Origin: a virus
DNA: 64,000 bases
IMG/VR virus record: IMGVR_UViG_3300026197_000002
Coordinates: 1 to 64,000 of that record
Direction: 5' to 3' (one strand)
The position numbers were made by a program, and so were the translations under genes. Numbering within the stretch: the stretch's first letter is position 1; every line of letters starts with the position of its first letter. The notes below the pieces were generated by a model that made no database searches, was not told the DNA's origin, and worked only from the letters and a program-made list of their open reading frames with translations. Below are positions 8,604 through 18,475 of the stretch, one piece after another.

Positions 8604-8854
8604 TGAAATGTATCAAGTTAAGTTATAAAAGTTATATCCTCTATTTTAATACAATAGAGGATATAAATAATGGTGATGTTATACAGATAGGTTCTATATT
8701 ATATAGAGTTTCTTATGTATATCTATCATCTTTTAGGTATCACAGGATTAGTGATGATGTACCTACAATGTATATCAATCCTAATAATAGATATAATTAT
8801 AAAGTTATATCTGAACTAAGGTTAAGAAACTCCCCTTACAATGAGTTTCAATAA
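8603..8854 (+). CDS. hypothetical protein
   Basis: TAATG-coupled 83-aa ORF. Confidence 0.7.
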   Translation: MKCIKLSYKSYILYFNTIEDINNGDVIQIGSILYRVSYVYLSSFRYHRISDDVPTMYINPNNRYNYKVISELRLRNSPYNEFQ

Positions 8855-9617
8855 AATTATAAATATTAAAATTATGACAGTATCTAATGAATCACTCACA
8901 AAAGATTTTACAGTAGAAGAACTACAAGCTCTACTAAATACAAATCAAACAACTCTTAATAACTACCGTAAAGAGTTATCCAAATCATTGAACAACTATT
9001 ATAAGAGTAATGGTGTAGGTAGTAAAATTATTAAAAGAGGTGGTATCAAGTACTTTAAAGAAGGTAATGTATACTACAATGGTCATAAAATTGACTTTGC
9101 ATTTATTAAAATTAACAATAGGGTTGCTTTTGCAACAGCTAATACTTTTGTATGCAAGAGGTCAGTAATTATTGAAAATGCTGACCTTAATATTACAACA
9201 GGTGTATCATTCAAAGAACAACTTGTTAAAAAGCTAGAAGACAATGGGAAACACGTGGATTATCATAATCTAGTGCTATTGGAAGATAGAACTATTATTC
9301 ATAAGTACTTCAAAAAAATGCCAATGATAGTAGATTTTAAAGAGATTGATAATGCGAAAATTGAAAAACTTTTTGCAGAACAGCAAAAATCTTATAGATT
9401 TGCAAAAAGGCTATCTAATGAAATAGCTACAGCTAAGTTAAATAAGTTTAATTTACCTAATGTTGTGGCTAATAATTTAGAGAAAAACAATATTGTTTCT
9501 AATAATATTACTAAGGAACAATATGATAAGGCAGTAATTGCTGCTGAAAAAGATGGTCTATCAGAAGATTTAATGATGAATAATCTTCATCATTATTTAA
9601 TGATGGCAATGGTTTAA
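8841..9617 (+). CDS. hypothetical protein
   Basis: 258-aa ORF; alternative start at aaattATG 8874. Confidence 0.8.
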   Translation: MSFNKIINIKIMTVSNESLTKDFTVEELQALLNTNQTTLNNYRKELSKSLNNYYKSNGVGSKIIKRGGIKYFKEGNVYYNGHKIDFAFIKINNRVAFATANTFVCKRSVIIENADLNITTGVSFKEQLVKKLEDNGKHVDYHNLVLLEDRTIIHKYFKKMPMIVDFKEIDNAKIEKLFAEQQKSYRFAKRLSNEIATAKLNKFNLPNVVANNLEKNNIVSNNITKEQYDKAVIAAEKDGLSEDLMMNNLHHYLMMAMV

Positions 9618-9631
9618 CCAAAATTAATTTT

Positions 9632-10222
9632 ATGAATTATCATATTAAATGGATAAGGGTATTAGTACTCTTATCCATAAGTTTTATTAATGTGCCTTAT
9701 TTATATGCACCTAATAAATCAGATTATACATTTCAGCTATTGGCTGAAACACCTAGAACACCCTCTGTTAGAGTGGTAGAAGTTGTAGAACCTCCTGTAA
9801 TCTATAAGATGTCTAAGGTAATTGTTCCTATAAAAGGGAATCAACATCAAAGAAATCTTATAGCTACTTATGGTGATACATTACTTCATAGTACTGACAC
9901 CTACAGCTATACTATTATAAAAGATTTACAGTATAATAGAGAATCGTCTTTAAAAGGTGGTTATAATGCTATAAATTATAATACTAATGGTACAATAGAT
10001 TATGGTAAGTATCAAATAAATACTATATGGTTTAATAAATTTGGTATTATACCACAAATATTATCACCTATTGAACAAGAAAGTATGTTTGATAGAGTTA
10101 TTAAATCTCATGAAGTTGTATTACAACAACATGATATACCATTGACTAATTATAACTTATGGATGTCAATGCACGGTATTGGATATTTTATAAATATGTA
10201 TAAATGGAAAGTAAAACAATAA
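9632..10222 (+). CDS. exported lysozyme-like / lytic transglycosylase protein
   Basis: N-terminal hydrophobic signal; RESS...NAINYNTNGTIDYGKYQINTIW matches the SLT/c-type lysozyme catalytic signature. Confidence 0.8.
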   Translation: MNYHIKWIRVLVLLSISFINVPYLYAPNKSDYTFQLLAETPRTPSVRVVEVVEPPVIYKMSKVIVPIKGNQHQRNLIATYGDTLLHSTDTYSYTIIKDLQYNRESSLKGGYNAINYNTNGTIDYGKYQINTIWFNKFGIIPQILSPIEQESMFDRVIKSHEVVLQQHDIPLTNYNLWMSMHGIGYFINMYKWKVKQ

Positions 10223-10647
10223 TAAAAGCAATAATCAAAATATTCAATTATAAAGAACCTTTATTGGTTAATAATTATAATGAATTTTTTGAAAGTAGTA
10301 ATATATCTGATTATCAAAAAGAAATATATGATTTATTAGGAAAAAGTAATTCTGTTCTTGAAAAAGAAGGGAAACTTTCAGATGTAACAATATACAAAAA
10401 GTATATTATATCTTTTGAAAAATTACCTATATATTTTAGATTAATTGAATATTCAGATATTACTGAAACTAACGTTTTAGAACAAGTAGTTTTAAAACTT
10501 AAATGCTCTTACGAATCTTTAAATGTAAAAAATCATATATCTCATGGTATAGGTATTACAACAGAAATAGATACAACGATAAAGGAGATTGTTAAACAAA
10601 AAGATATTGAAGATTTTATAAAAACCCTTAATGACAAACTATTATGA
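10204..10647 (+). CDS. hypothetical protein
   Basis: 147-aa ORF overlapping its neighbours. Confidence 0.7.
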   Translation: MESKTIIKAIIKIFNYKEPLLVNNYNEFFESSNISDYQKEIYDLLGKSNSVLEKEGKLSDVTIYKKYIISFEKLPIYFRLIEYSDITETNVLEQVVLKLKCSYESLNVKNHISHGIGITTEIDTTIKEIVKQKDIEDFIKTLNDKLL

Positions 10648-11141
10648 CAGAAGAAGAATATCATAAAATACTAGGAGTAAAAAGAATATCTCCTGATAAT
10701 TATATTGTAGATATAGTAGATGGTGAAGAAACTTTAATAAATACAGGAGAATCTAAACCTGTATTTATAGAAGATATACCTTTTTATTGGTATAAGGTAA
10801 AAGGTACTAAAAAATACAAGCTATTTGATGCTGTTACAGGAACGTTTATTGAATATGCTCCTAAAAGTAAAAAGAAATGTTTAAAAGTAACTGAACAAAA
10901 ATTAAAAGATATTGGTTTTGATAAAGCTATATCTATATTATTTGATACAATAGAAGAGTACAACATAACACCTTCTTTTAAAAAGAATGGTGATGATATA
11001 GTTACTATACCTATTAAATTACATATAAGTTATTTTTCTGATAAAAATATACGCAGTATAACTTGGAATGGTGTAGATGTGAGAGATATATTATCAAATA
11101 TAGATTATGAATCTATTGATTTAGTTTTAAAAAATTTATAA
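10644..11141 (+). CDS. hypothetical protein
   Basis: 165-aa ORF, ATGA-coupled. Confidence 0.75.
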   Translation: MTEEEYHKILGVKRISPDNYIVDIVDGEETLINTGESKPVFIEDIPFYWYKVKGTKKYKLFDAVTGTFIEYAPKSKKKCLKVTEQKLKDIGFDKAISILFDTIEEYNITPSFKKNGDDIVTIPIKLHISYFSDKNIRSITWNGVDVRDILSNIDYESIDLVLKNL

Positions 11142-11142
11142 A

Positions 11143-11352
11143 ATGAGAGAGAATATAATAGAATTATTAAAAGAGTTATCAAAAGGAGAAAAACCATTTT
11201 TTGGACAAGATACCTTACCTAAAAAATATCAAGATATGTGTGCTAATAAATTACAACAAACAAAAGATTTAAAAAGTCTAAATTCTTTTTTTGAAGATGT
11301 AATTAGTCCTATAATTTTTCATAGTCATAATATGTATTTAGCATATAAATAA
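11143..11352 (+). CDS. hypothetical protein
   Basis: 69-aa ORF, tightly packed. Confidence 0.65.
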   Translation: MRENIIELLKELSKGEKPFFGQDTLPKKYQDMCANKLQQTKDLKSLNSFFEDVISPIIFHSHNMYLAYK

Positions 11353-11723
11353 TGAAAAAATTAACAATAAAGCATTCTGAATCATTAAGATATACAGAGT
11401 TCATAACTAAAGAATGGTTTTTAGAAAATATAAATATGTATAAATCAGAATCTTTCCGTTATTTTTATAATGAAGACATTAATAGACTTGCTATAATATT
11501 TAGAGATTTTGCATATTTAGGTAATTATACTTTTAACAAAAGTTGGAGAAGTAAAAGTTTTCTAACAGTTTTAAGGATTGTATTTACTAGCTTTAACATA
11601 GATGAAAAAGATGTTGAAACACTTGTAGAAATGGTAAATAGTCAAGACAAAGGAACAATAAACTTAGCATTTCAAATAATTAAAGGTTTAAAAAAAATTA
11701 ACTTAGTATATTTTAACAATTAA
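11352..11723 (+). CDS. hypothetical protein with C-terminal SxD..LA helical motif
   Basis: 123 aa; LVEMVNSQDKGTINLAFQI resembles the N-termini of ORFs 3558 and 25931. Confidence 0.7.
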   Translation: MKKLTIKHSESLRYTEFITKEWFLENINMYKSESFRYFYNEDINRLAIIFRDFAYLGNYTFNKSWRSKSFLTVLRIVFTSFNIDEKDVETLVEMVNSQDKGTINLAFQIIKGLKKINLVYFNN

Positions 11724-11734
11724 ATAATAAAATT

Positions 11735-12304
11735 ATGAAAGAATTATCATTTGTAACAATTTTAATATTGCTAGAAGAATTAGGGTTGAACTTTGATACG
11801 AATAATACTTTAGAACAATGGGATTATCAAGATTTATGGGAATTTTATATTAATAAAGATAAAAGAGCTTATCTAACTGACACGGATAACTATTTTAAGT
11901 ATACAGAAGATAAAACAGGTTTAGAAATTAGTGAAAAAGGTAAGGAATCAGGTCTTACAGAAGAAAGAGTTGTTGAGATATTAAATACATTAGGAGAGTT
12001 AGTATTTGTTGAAATAGTAGGTGGTGGTGAAGGTGATGGGGAACATTATCATGAAATATTCAAATTTGATAATGCTGATGTATATTTTCGTAGAGAAGGA
12101 TATTATGATAGTTGGGAAGGAATTACTGTTGAGCCTGACGTAGCAGAAGTACATAAATCAATAGTAGTAAGAGAGGAATATTATTCAACAAAAGATAATT
12201 ATATTCAAACAGATATTAATGAAGAATTATTAAAAATTCTTGAACAATTTGTTGATAACGTTAAAGATGAATTAAATGCTACTGACAGGGTCAAGAAGGA
12301 TTAA
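11735..12304 (+). CDS. acidic phage protein with GGEGxG motif
   Basis: VEIVGGGEGDGEHYHEIFKF...GYYDSWEG; overlaps the nucleotidyltransferase gene. Confidence 0.75.
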   Translation: MKELSFVTILILLEELGLNFDTNNTLEQWDYQDLWEFYINKDKRAYLTDTDNYFKYTEDKTGLEISEKGKESGLTEERVVEILNTLGELVFVEIVGGGEGDGEHYHEIFKFDNADVYFRREGYYDSWEGITVEPDVAEVHKSIVVREEYYSTKDNYIQTDINEELLKILEQFVDNVKDELNATDRVKKD

Positions 12305-13034
12305 AGAAATATACCCTGATTTTTATAGGAATATTGATAATTCAGATTATGATTATTTAGTTAAAAAAGATAGTATTACAAAAGAGCTATTAGATTTTCT
12401 TAAACTTAATCATAATCTTGATATTCATCAATTTCCTATAAATCTTATACAACATAAGTTAGAAGATGGTAAAATATCTATGAATCTAATGCTAACTATT
12501 AAAGTATCTCATATAATATATGAAACTAATAAAAATAGGTTTAATAAAACTTTAAATGATATTAGATTTCTATTACAGAAAGGTCATAGCCTTTACTATG
12601 AAATACTAGGAGTTCTTAGATTATATTGGGATAAGATAAGGCAACCATTTTCTATGAATGTTGATAATAAAGATTTCTTTAAAGATTATGTAGATAGGAA
12701 ATATGACCATGATGATTTACATAAAATATTAAAGAATCCACCTACATATAATAAAATTAAGAAAGATATTACAAAAGCTAAGGTAAATGAAGATTTATGG
12801 AATACTTTATCTATATTAGATAAGGATAATATTATATTAGAAGAATTTGCAGTGCTTATGAATGAAAGATATAAAGAAAATCATTCATATAAAATGTATA
12901 AAGATGTTAGTAGGAAGATGATAATTAGGTTATTACCTGATTATATAGCAATATATTTTGTATTAAATTATAATAAATTATTAAATAAAGGAATAAAAAC
13001 ATGCAAAACATTGAAGAAACTTATATCCTATTAG
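12276..13034 (+). CDS. phage nucleotidyltransferase-like protein
   Basis: N-terminal LTGSR...SDYDYL (GS and DxD), LTIKVSH, FFKDYVDRKYDHDDLH. Confidence 0.7.
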   Translation: MLLTGSRRIKEIYPDFYRNIDNSDYDYLVKKDSITKELLDFLKLNHNLDIHQFPINLIQHKLEDGKISMNLMLTIKVSHIIYETNKNRFNKTLNDIRFLLQKGHSLYYEILGVLRLYWDKIRQPFSMNVDNKDFFKDYVDRKYDHDDLHKILKNPPTYNKIKKDITKAKVNEDLWNTLSILDKDNIILEEFAVLMNERYKENHSYKMYKDVSRKMIIRLLPDYIAIYFVLNYNKLLNKGIKTCKTLKKLISY

Positions 13035-13171
13035 GATATAAAAATATTAATAGTAATGGTACAGTGTTAAAAGAATTTAGCACATATCTCACAGCATATA
13101 AATATATGATAAGTATGAATACTACATCATATAAGTATTACATTATTAACAAAGGATATAAAACACTATAA
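13001..13171 (+). CDS. small hypothetical protein (56 aa, not in ORF track)
   Basis: MQNIEETYILLGYKN...; aaaaacATG context; ends 2 nt before polB. Confidence 0.55.
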   Translation: MQNIEETYILLGYKNINSNGTVLKEFSTYLTAYKYMISMNTTSYKYYIINKGYKTL

Positions 13172-13173
13172 GT

Positions 13174-15237
13174 ATGAAATACATTTATGATATAGAAGTA
13201 TATCCTAATTTCTATTCCATAGTATTTTATGATGTTGATAGAAATACGTGGTTATATTTCTATTATCTAAATGGTATATGGGAAGGAAATATAGAATACA
13301 AAGATTTACTTATAGTTAAACAAGGATTTCTTATAGGATATAATAGTAATAACTATGATATACATATTCTAAATGAAATTACTAAGAGTTCTAATGTACC
13401 ACAGTCTAATAGTAGAGTTTACAGGCTAAGCTGTGATATTATAGAAAATTCTAAAAGATTATGGAATAATAATCCCAAATCTATTGACTTAGCTACTCAC
13501 ATATTCAATGGTGTACCTGATAGTCTTAAACTTATGGGATGTAAAGTTAATCACCCTAAATTACAAGAATTACCTATTGACCCACATAATAATATATCTG
13601 AAAATGATATAGAACTTATTATGTCTTATAATAAAAATGATGTTGAAATAACACATTCAATATATGAAAAGGTAAAATCTAAACTTAACAGTAGACTTGG
13701 ACAAGGTAAGTTATTTGGTAATTCTGAATTAGATTATTTATCAGATAATGATAGTTGGTTAGCAGGTAAAGCTATTAAAAATGCCTATATGAATATTACA
13801 GGATGTGATTATCAATATCTTAAATCATTGGCTAATAACGATAGACTTATATTATTAGAAGAATGTATCCTAGAACATAATAGGGAACTATGGGATAAAG
13901 TAGGTAATCAATGGGATATACAAGATTGGTATAGATATTACAGTACTCTTGAATATCCAACAGTATCATCTAGTAAGATATTACCTATAAAATTGAATAA
14001 TACAAGTTATCAATTAGGTTATGGTGGAATACATAGTGAAGATGATGCTAGGTTTATAATACCTGATTCAGGTTATAAATTAATAGATGCTGATGTAGCA
14101 TCACAATACCCTAATAAGATTGTTAATAGAAGTATTATAAATCCTAAATTGGATAAAAGATTATTAAAATGGTATGAAACTATAATATCTGACAGATTAG
14201 AATACAAGGCTTTGTATTCTAAGTATAAGAAATCTAATGCTGAATTAGCTAATAAATATAAAAAGGAATCAGATGATAGAAAAATTGTTATCAACAGTTT
14301 CTTTGGTAAATATAAGCAAAAAGGTTTCTTATTATATGACCCTAAATCATTATTACAAGTTACAGTTAATAATCAATTAGAAATACTGTATCTAATATAT
14401 ATGATGGAAATAAATGGTTTTGAAGTATTTACAGCTAATACTGATGGTTTTACTACAAAAGTACCTATATCTAGGGAACAAGAGTACTATGATATATGTA
14501 AGGAATGGGAATCTATTATGCAAATGGATTTAGAATATGCTGAATATCACAGCATGTATCAAACATCTGTTAATAGTTATATAGCTGTTCCACAATACGC
14601 TGTAAATGATACCATCAACTTAGATTATTGTAAATATAAAAATGATTTTCTAACAGATATATCATTAACCAAAGGATATTTTAGTAGAGCTATACCGTTA
14701 GCTTTACAAGCCTATTTTCTAAAAGATACTTCTATAGAAGACTATTTGAATGTAGGAAATCCTAGTCTTACAATATATGACTTTTGTAATTCACAGAAAG
14801 TTGGTAAACAGTTTAAAGTATATTATGGAGATAATGAAGTTCAACATATTAATAGATTTTATATCAGTACTGATGGTAAAACATTGGTTAAAAAAAATGA
14901 TGATAGAACTACATCTATTGTGGCAAATGAATATGTTACTTTAATGAATGATATAGATAATGAAGAATTGAGATATTATGGTAATCTTAAATATGATTAT
15001 TATATTAAAAAATGTTATGAAATAATAGATAAAATTATGAATAAATTTTTAATAACTATTAGAGTACAAAAAGAATCAGATATACAATCTTATGTCAGAC
15101 GTACTAAGAAGAGTAAGAAAGAAGTATATAAAGAAGTTGAAAAAGCATTAAATAAAATATATGGAGAATATACTTTTACACTCCAAGTATCAGATTTTGA
15201 TGAAATTCCTAGATATAATAAAAAAAATTTAAAATAA
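13174..15237 (+). CDS. polB: family B DNA polymerase (crAss type)
   Basis: Exonuclease motifs YDIEVYPN, GYNSNNYD, YNKNDV; polymerase motifs DADVASQYP, KIVINSFFGK, ANTDG. Confidence 0.95.
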   Translation: MKYIYDIEVYPNFYSIVFYDVDRNTWLYFYYLNGIWEGNIEYKDLLIVKQGFLIGYNSNNYDIHILNEITKSSNVPQSNSRVYRLSCDIIENSKRLWNNNPKSIDLATHIFNGVPDSLKLMGCKVNHPKLQELPIDPHNNISENDIELIMSYNKNDVEITHSIYEKVKSKLNSRLGQGKLFGNSELDYLSDNDSWLAGKAIKNAYMNITGCDYQYLKSLANNDRLILLEECILEHNRELWDKVGNQWDIQDWYRYYSTLEYPTVSSSKILPIKLNNTSYQLGYGGIHSEDDARFIIPDSGYKLIDADVASQYPNKIVNRSIINPKLDKRLLKWYETIISDRLEYKALYSKYKKSNAELANKYKKESDDRKIVINSFFGKYKQKGFLLYDPKSLLQVTVNNQLEILYLIYMMEINGFEVFTANTDGFTTKVPISREQEYYDICKEWESIMQMDLEYAEYHSMYQTSVNSYIAVPQYAVNDTINLDYCKYKNDFLTDISLTKGYFSRAIPLALQAYFLKDTSIEDYLNVGNPSLTIYDFCNSQKVGKQFKVYYGDNEVQHINRFYISTDGKTLVKKNDDRTTSIVANEYVTLMNDIDNEELRYYGNLKYDYYIKKCYEIIDKIMNKFLITIRVQKESDIQSYVRRTKKSKKEVYKEVEKALNKIYGEYTFTLQVSDFDEIPRYNKKNLK

Positions 15238-15245
15238 CTACAACA

Positions 15246-15821
15246 ATGAATAAAAAGTCTTTGGAAAAAGTAGAATCAATAGGTACAGCACCTATTATAT
15301 ATGTTATAGCTGCTAGTACAGCATTATTATTAGCATTAAACTTATTGTTGATATATAATGTATCATCATATTTAGCAACAGCTAATAATAATACTAGCAT
15401 ATTACAATGGTTAGGTATGTCTGCCATAGCATCTATTATGGGAATGTCAATACCTAATATTAAATATATGGATAGTCAAGAAAACACTTCTAAGATAGAG
15501 AGTGTTATTATTATGGTTATGGGAGGATTAATTATATCTATACAAGGATTTATAATTTATAATCTTATAACAACTAATTTAGATAGTCAAGCACAAGTAT
15601 TAGCTATATTTAATGTAGCATTAGGTATTGCAGTAGATGTAATACTAGGATTATTGGCTACTAAAAAAGTAAAAGAGATAATGGGAGTAGTAGATAATAC
15701 TTCTACTAAATCCACAAATACAGCTAGTACTTCCAATAATAATACAGTAAATTCTAGTAGTTCTACTACTAAATCTAGTGTTCCTGTTAAAGTTAAAAAA
15801 AAGGATAAGGAAAAAAAGTAA
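15246..15821 (+). CDS. 4-TM membrane protein; upstream partner of a -1 frameshift fusion
   Basis: Four hydrophobic helices, S/T/N-rich linker, ends GAA AAA AAG TAA. Confidence 0.85.
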   Translation: MNKKSLEKVESIGTAPIIYVIAASTALLLALNLLLIYNVSSYLATANNNTSILQWLGMSAIASIMGMSIPNIKYMDSQENTSKIESVIIMVMGGLIISIQGFIIYNLITTNLDSQAQVLAIFNVALGIAVDVILGLLATKKVKEIMGVVDNTSTKSTNTASTSNNNTVNSSSSTTKSSVPVKVKKKDKEKK

Positions 15822-15902
15822 CTGACCAAGTTCAAGAACAACATTATAAAACTCTATTAGATGAAGTATTAGATTATACAATAGAGCATTTGAACTTGGT
15901 CA
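15812..15902 (+). promoter_or_regulatory. programmed -1 ribosomal frameshift signal
   Basis: A_AAA_AAG at 15812-15818; 13-bp perfect stem 15823-15835/15890-15902; inner 7-bp stem 15852-15858/15880-15886. Confidence 0.85.
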
Positions 15903-16765
15903 AAAAAGATGATTTTAAAGAGGATGTATTTGATAGTTATCATACTTTAACAAGAAATGATACTGAAATTAAATGGTTTTATGAAGAATTATTAGAAATA
16001 TCTGATAAATTAGGAGATGTTGTTAATAAAGTAGATGAATTACATTTAGGTATTGATAAACACATAAACACCTTAAAATCTATGCAATCTTCAAAACAAA
16101 TGTTAGAAGAAGGTGGTAAAGGTAGTCATAATACTGTTGAAAGACAGAATAAAATAGAGGAATTAGAAGAATCTATTAATAAACATCAGGTAACTATAGA
16201 ACTATTGAAGAAACAACTAGAAGTATCTAATGATGACTATGATAACGTAATAGATTCTATTATTGAAATATTAGAACAATATTTTAAGATATATATTTCA
16301 GACTATAATAATGAATTAGTAGTATCTGTAAAAGATATGGACTTTACATCTACTGATAAAGAAGATGTTAGAAGATTAGCTACTAATACTGCTGATTTTA
16401 TAACTCCTTATAGAAAATTCTCTACTACTGAATTAGAAGAATTAGAATATTATTATATGAATAAGAATGTTGAAGAATATTCTAATAAAGTAGCTTATGT
16501 AGAAATGCTTATTAATTCTGCTATTGCTGATAAAAGTAATACTAATAGACATGGTAATATAAGAGGTAGGTTAGAAGGTACTATTACTTATGATACTGCG
16601 GAAGCTACTAATTTTATGATAATATCTAATAAGGTATTTGATGTAGAAAAAGCAGAAGATGAAGATGTTGATGAATTATTACAATGGTTAGTTAGTGTAG
16701 ATGTAATTAATTTTAAAGATATATCAAATTTCTATAATAATGAAATAATAAACGACAATATATGA
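15818..16765 (+). CDS. acidic coiled-coil extension reached by -1 frameshift (fusion about 506 aa)
   Basis: The -1 frame is open from 15809 with no ATG near its start; the TTG at 15890 lies inside the stem. Confidence 0.8.
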   Translation, partial: VTDQVQEQHYKTLLDEVLDYTIEHLNLVKKDDFKEDVFDSYHTLTRNDTEIKWFYEELLEISDKLGDVVNKVDELHLGIDKHINTLKSMQSSKQMLEEGGKGSHNTVERQNKIEELEESINKHQVTIELLKKQLEVSNDDYDNVIDSIIEILEQYFKIYISDYNNELVVSVKDMDFTSTDKEDVRRLATNTADFITPYRKFSTTELEELEYYYMNKNVEEYSNKVAYVEMLINSAIADKSNTNRHGNIRGRLEGTITYDTAEATNFMIISNKVFDVEKAEDEDVDELLQWLVSVDVINFKDISNFYNNEIINDNI

Positions 16766-17973
16766 AAAGAAGAGATATAGAAAAACAAGCGTCTAGTATA
16801 TTTAATGAGTATCATAATATATTATTAGAACTTGCAACAGGTTTTGGTAAAACATCATTAGCTCTTAAATTACTAGATGGTAGAAAAAAGAATCTCATTG
16901 TTGTACCCTATGATTCTATTAAAGACTCTTGGAAAAATGAGGATAAGAAATGGTTTAACGGTAAGAAGTTAGGTAAATCTGATATTATTACTTATCAATC
17001 ATTACATAAAGTTAAAGATATATATGATGCTGTAGTATTAGATGAATGTCATCATATTACAAGTAATAATTTAGGATATGTTAAAGATTTGAATAGTAAT
17101 ATTATAGCTCTTAGTGCTACTGTTGATACTGATAAAAAAGTATTATTATTTGAATTAGGTATTAATAAGATTAATACTATTAGAGTTACAACAGATTCTG
17201 CTATTGATAACGAGGTATTACCAGATTATCGTATGGTAGTATGGAAATTAAATATGGATTATCAGAATAAAAATATACCTATTAAATATAGTAAGAATGG
17301 TAAAAAACAAACATTTTATACTACAGAAGGAGATAATTATAGTTATATTAATGATAACTTTTCTAAAATACAACAATTATTTTATGCAAATGATTTAGAC
17401 CCTTTTAAAATGGCATTTAATAAAGCGTATGTAAAAAAGGTTAATACAGGTAATTCTGATAAAGATAAATTTCTTAAAAGTAGAGGGTTTCTATTCTCTA
17501 ATTATATGAGAAAAAGAAAAGATTTAATATATCAATCTCCTACTAAAAAGACTTATATTAATAAGATTATTAATGAAATGAGAAGGTTAAATAAAAGATT
17601 TATATGTTTTGTAGGAACTATTAATATGTGTAATGAGTTATCTTCTAGCACATACCATAGCAAGATGACTGATGATGCTAAAATTAAAGCATTAGATGAT
17701 TTCAATAATGGTGTAACTAATGAATTATTTGCAGTTAATGCTTTAGATGAAGGAGTTAATTTAAAAGATGTAGAGGTTGGTATTATTGGTCAAATTAATA
17801 GTAAAGAGAGGAGATTAGTTCAACGTCTAGGTAGATTACTTAGAGGTGATAGTGAGCAAATGAATACTTTATACATTACAGTATTAAAAGATACTCAAGA
17901 TGAAAAATGGTTTCATTCTGCTACACAAGATATAGATAAAAACAAAATACAATATGAAGAATATGAAGGATAG
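16762..17973 (+). CDS. superfamily 2 DExH helicase
   Basis: LATGFGKT, LDECHH, LSAT, LDEGVNL, QRLGRLLR. Confidence 0.92.
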   Translation: MKRRDIEKQASSIFNEYHNILLELATGFGKTSLALKLLDGRKKNLIVVPYDSIKDSWKNEDKKWFNGKKLGKSDIITYQSLHKVKDIYDAVVLDECHHITSNNLGYVKDLNSNIIALSATVDTDKKVLLFELGINKINTIRVTTDSAIDNEVLPDYRMVVWKLNMDYQNKNIPIKYSKNGKKQTFYTTEGDNYSYINDNFSKIQQLFYANDLDPFKMAFNKAYVKKVNTGNSDKDKFLKSRGFLFSNYMRKRKDLIYQSPTKKTYINKIINEMRRLNKRFICFVGTINMCNELSSSTYHSKMTDDAKIKALDDFNNGVTNELFAVNALDEGVNLKDVEVGIIGQINSKERRLVQRLGRLLRGDSEQMNTLYITVLKDTQDEKWFHSATQDIDKNKIQYEEYEG

Positions 17974-18475
17974 TGAAAAAAGAAGATTATTAGCATCTAC
18001 TTTTAATAGTAGACAAGAGGTTTTTGACTTTTTATCAGAGCTTATTATTGAAATAAATGGAAAATATAAAATAGATGGAACATTATCAGAACTATATAAT
18101 ACAATTCCAACTGTTGATACACAATTATCAGAAACAGAAATGGATAATGAATTGTCAGTTGTACCTAAATTAAGTTTTACTGAAACTGTTAAAAGATTTA
18201 GAACTTGTATAGGAAACCCTATGAGGTATAATAAAGATACTAAAAAATCTTATAGTATTGATGGAATAAATAGTAATACTATGAGGTCATTACGCAGTTT
18301 ATATAATAAAGGTATATTTAATCAAGAATTTATAGAAAATGCTAGGAACTACTATGGTGATATAGAATACCCTGTTGGACTCAATAGGTATATAACAGAT
18401 AAACTATATGATTCAAATTGGTCTATCAGTAAAAAAGATAATACTACAGGCTTAACAGGTTGGAGTAAAAGATGA
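17954..18475 (+). CDS. hypothetical protein, possible replication initiator/helicase loader
   Basis: Position directly upstream of and coupled to the DnaB-like gene; no firm motif. Confidence 0.6.
   Translation: MKNMKDSEKRRLLASTFNSRQEVFDFLSELIIEINGKYKIDGTLSELYNTIPTVDTQLSETEMDNELSVVPKLSFTETVKRFRTCIGNPMRYNKDTKKSYSIDGINSNTMRSLRSLYNKGIFNQEFIENARNYYGDIEYPVGLNRYITDKLYDSNWSISKKDNTTGLTGWSKR

Noticed and set aside
15849-15858. 10-nt complementarity between the first sRNA (24366-24375) and the inner arm of the frameshift hairpin
   Set aside because: Several 10-nt AT-rich matches are expected by chance; not supportable without conservation data
15890-16765. Independent TTG-started gene as given in the ORF track
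   Set aside because: The TTG lies within the 13-bp stem, lacks an A-rich leader, and the frame is open back to the slippery site
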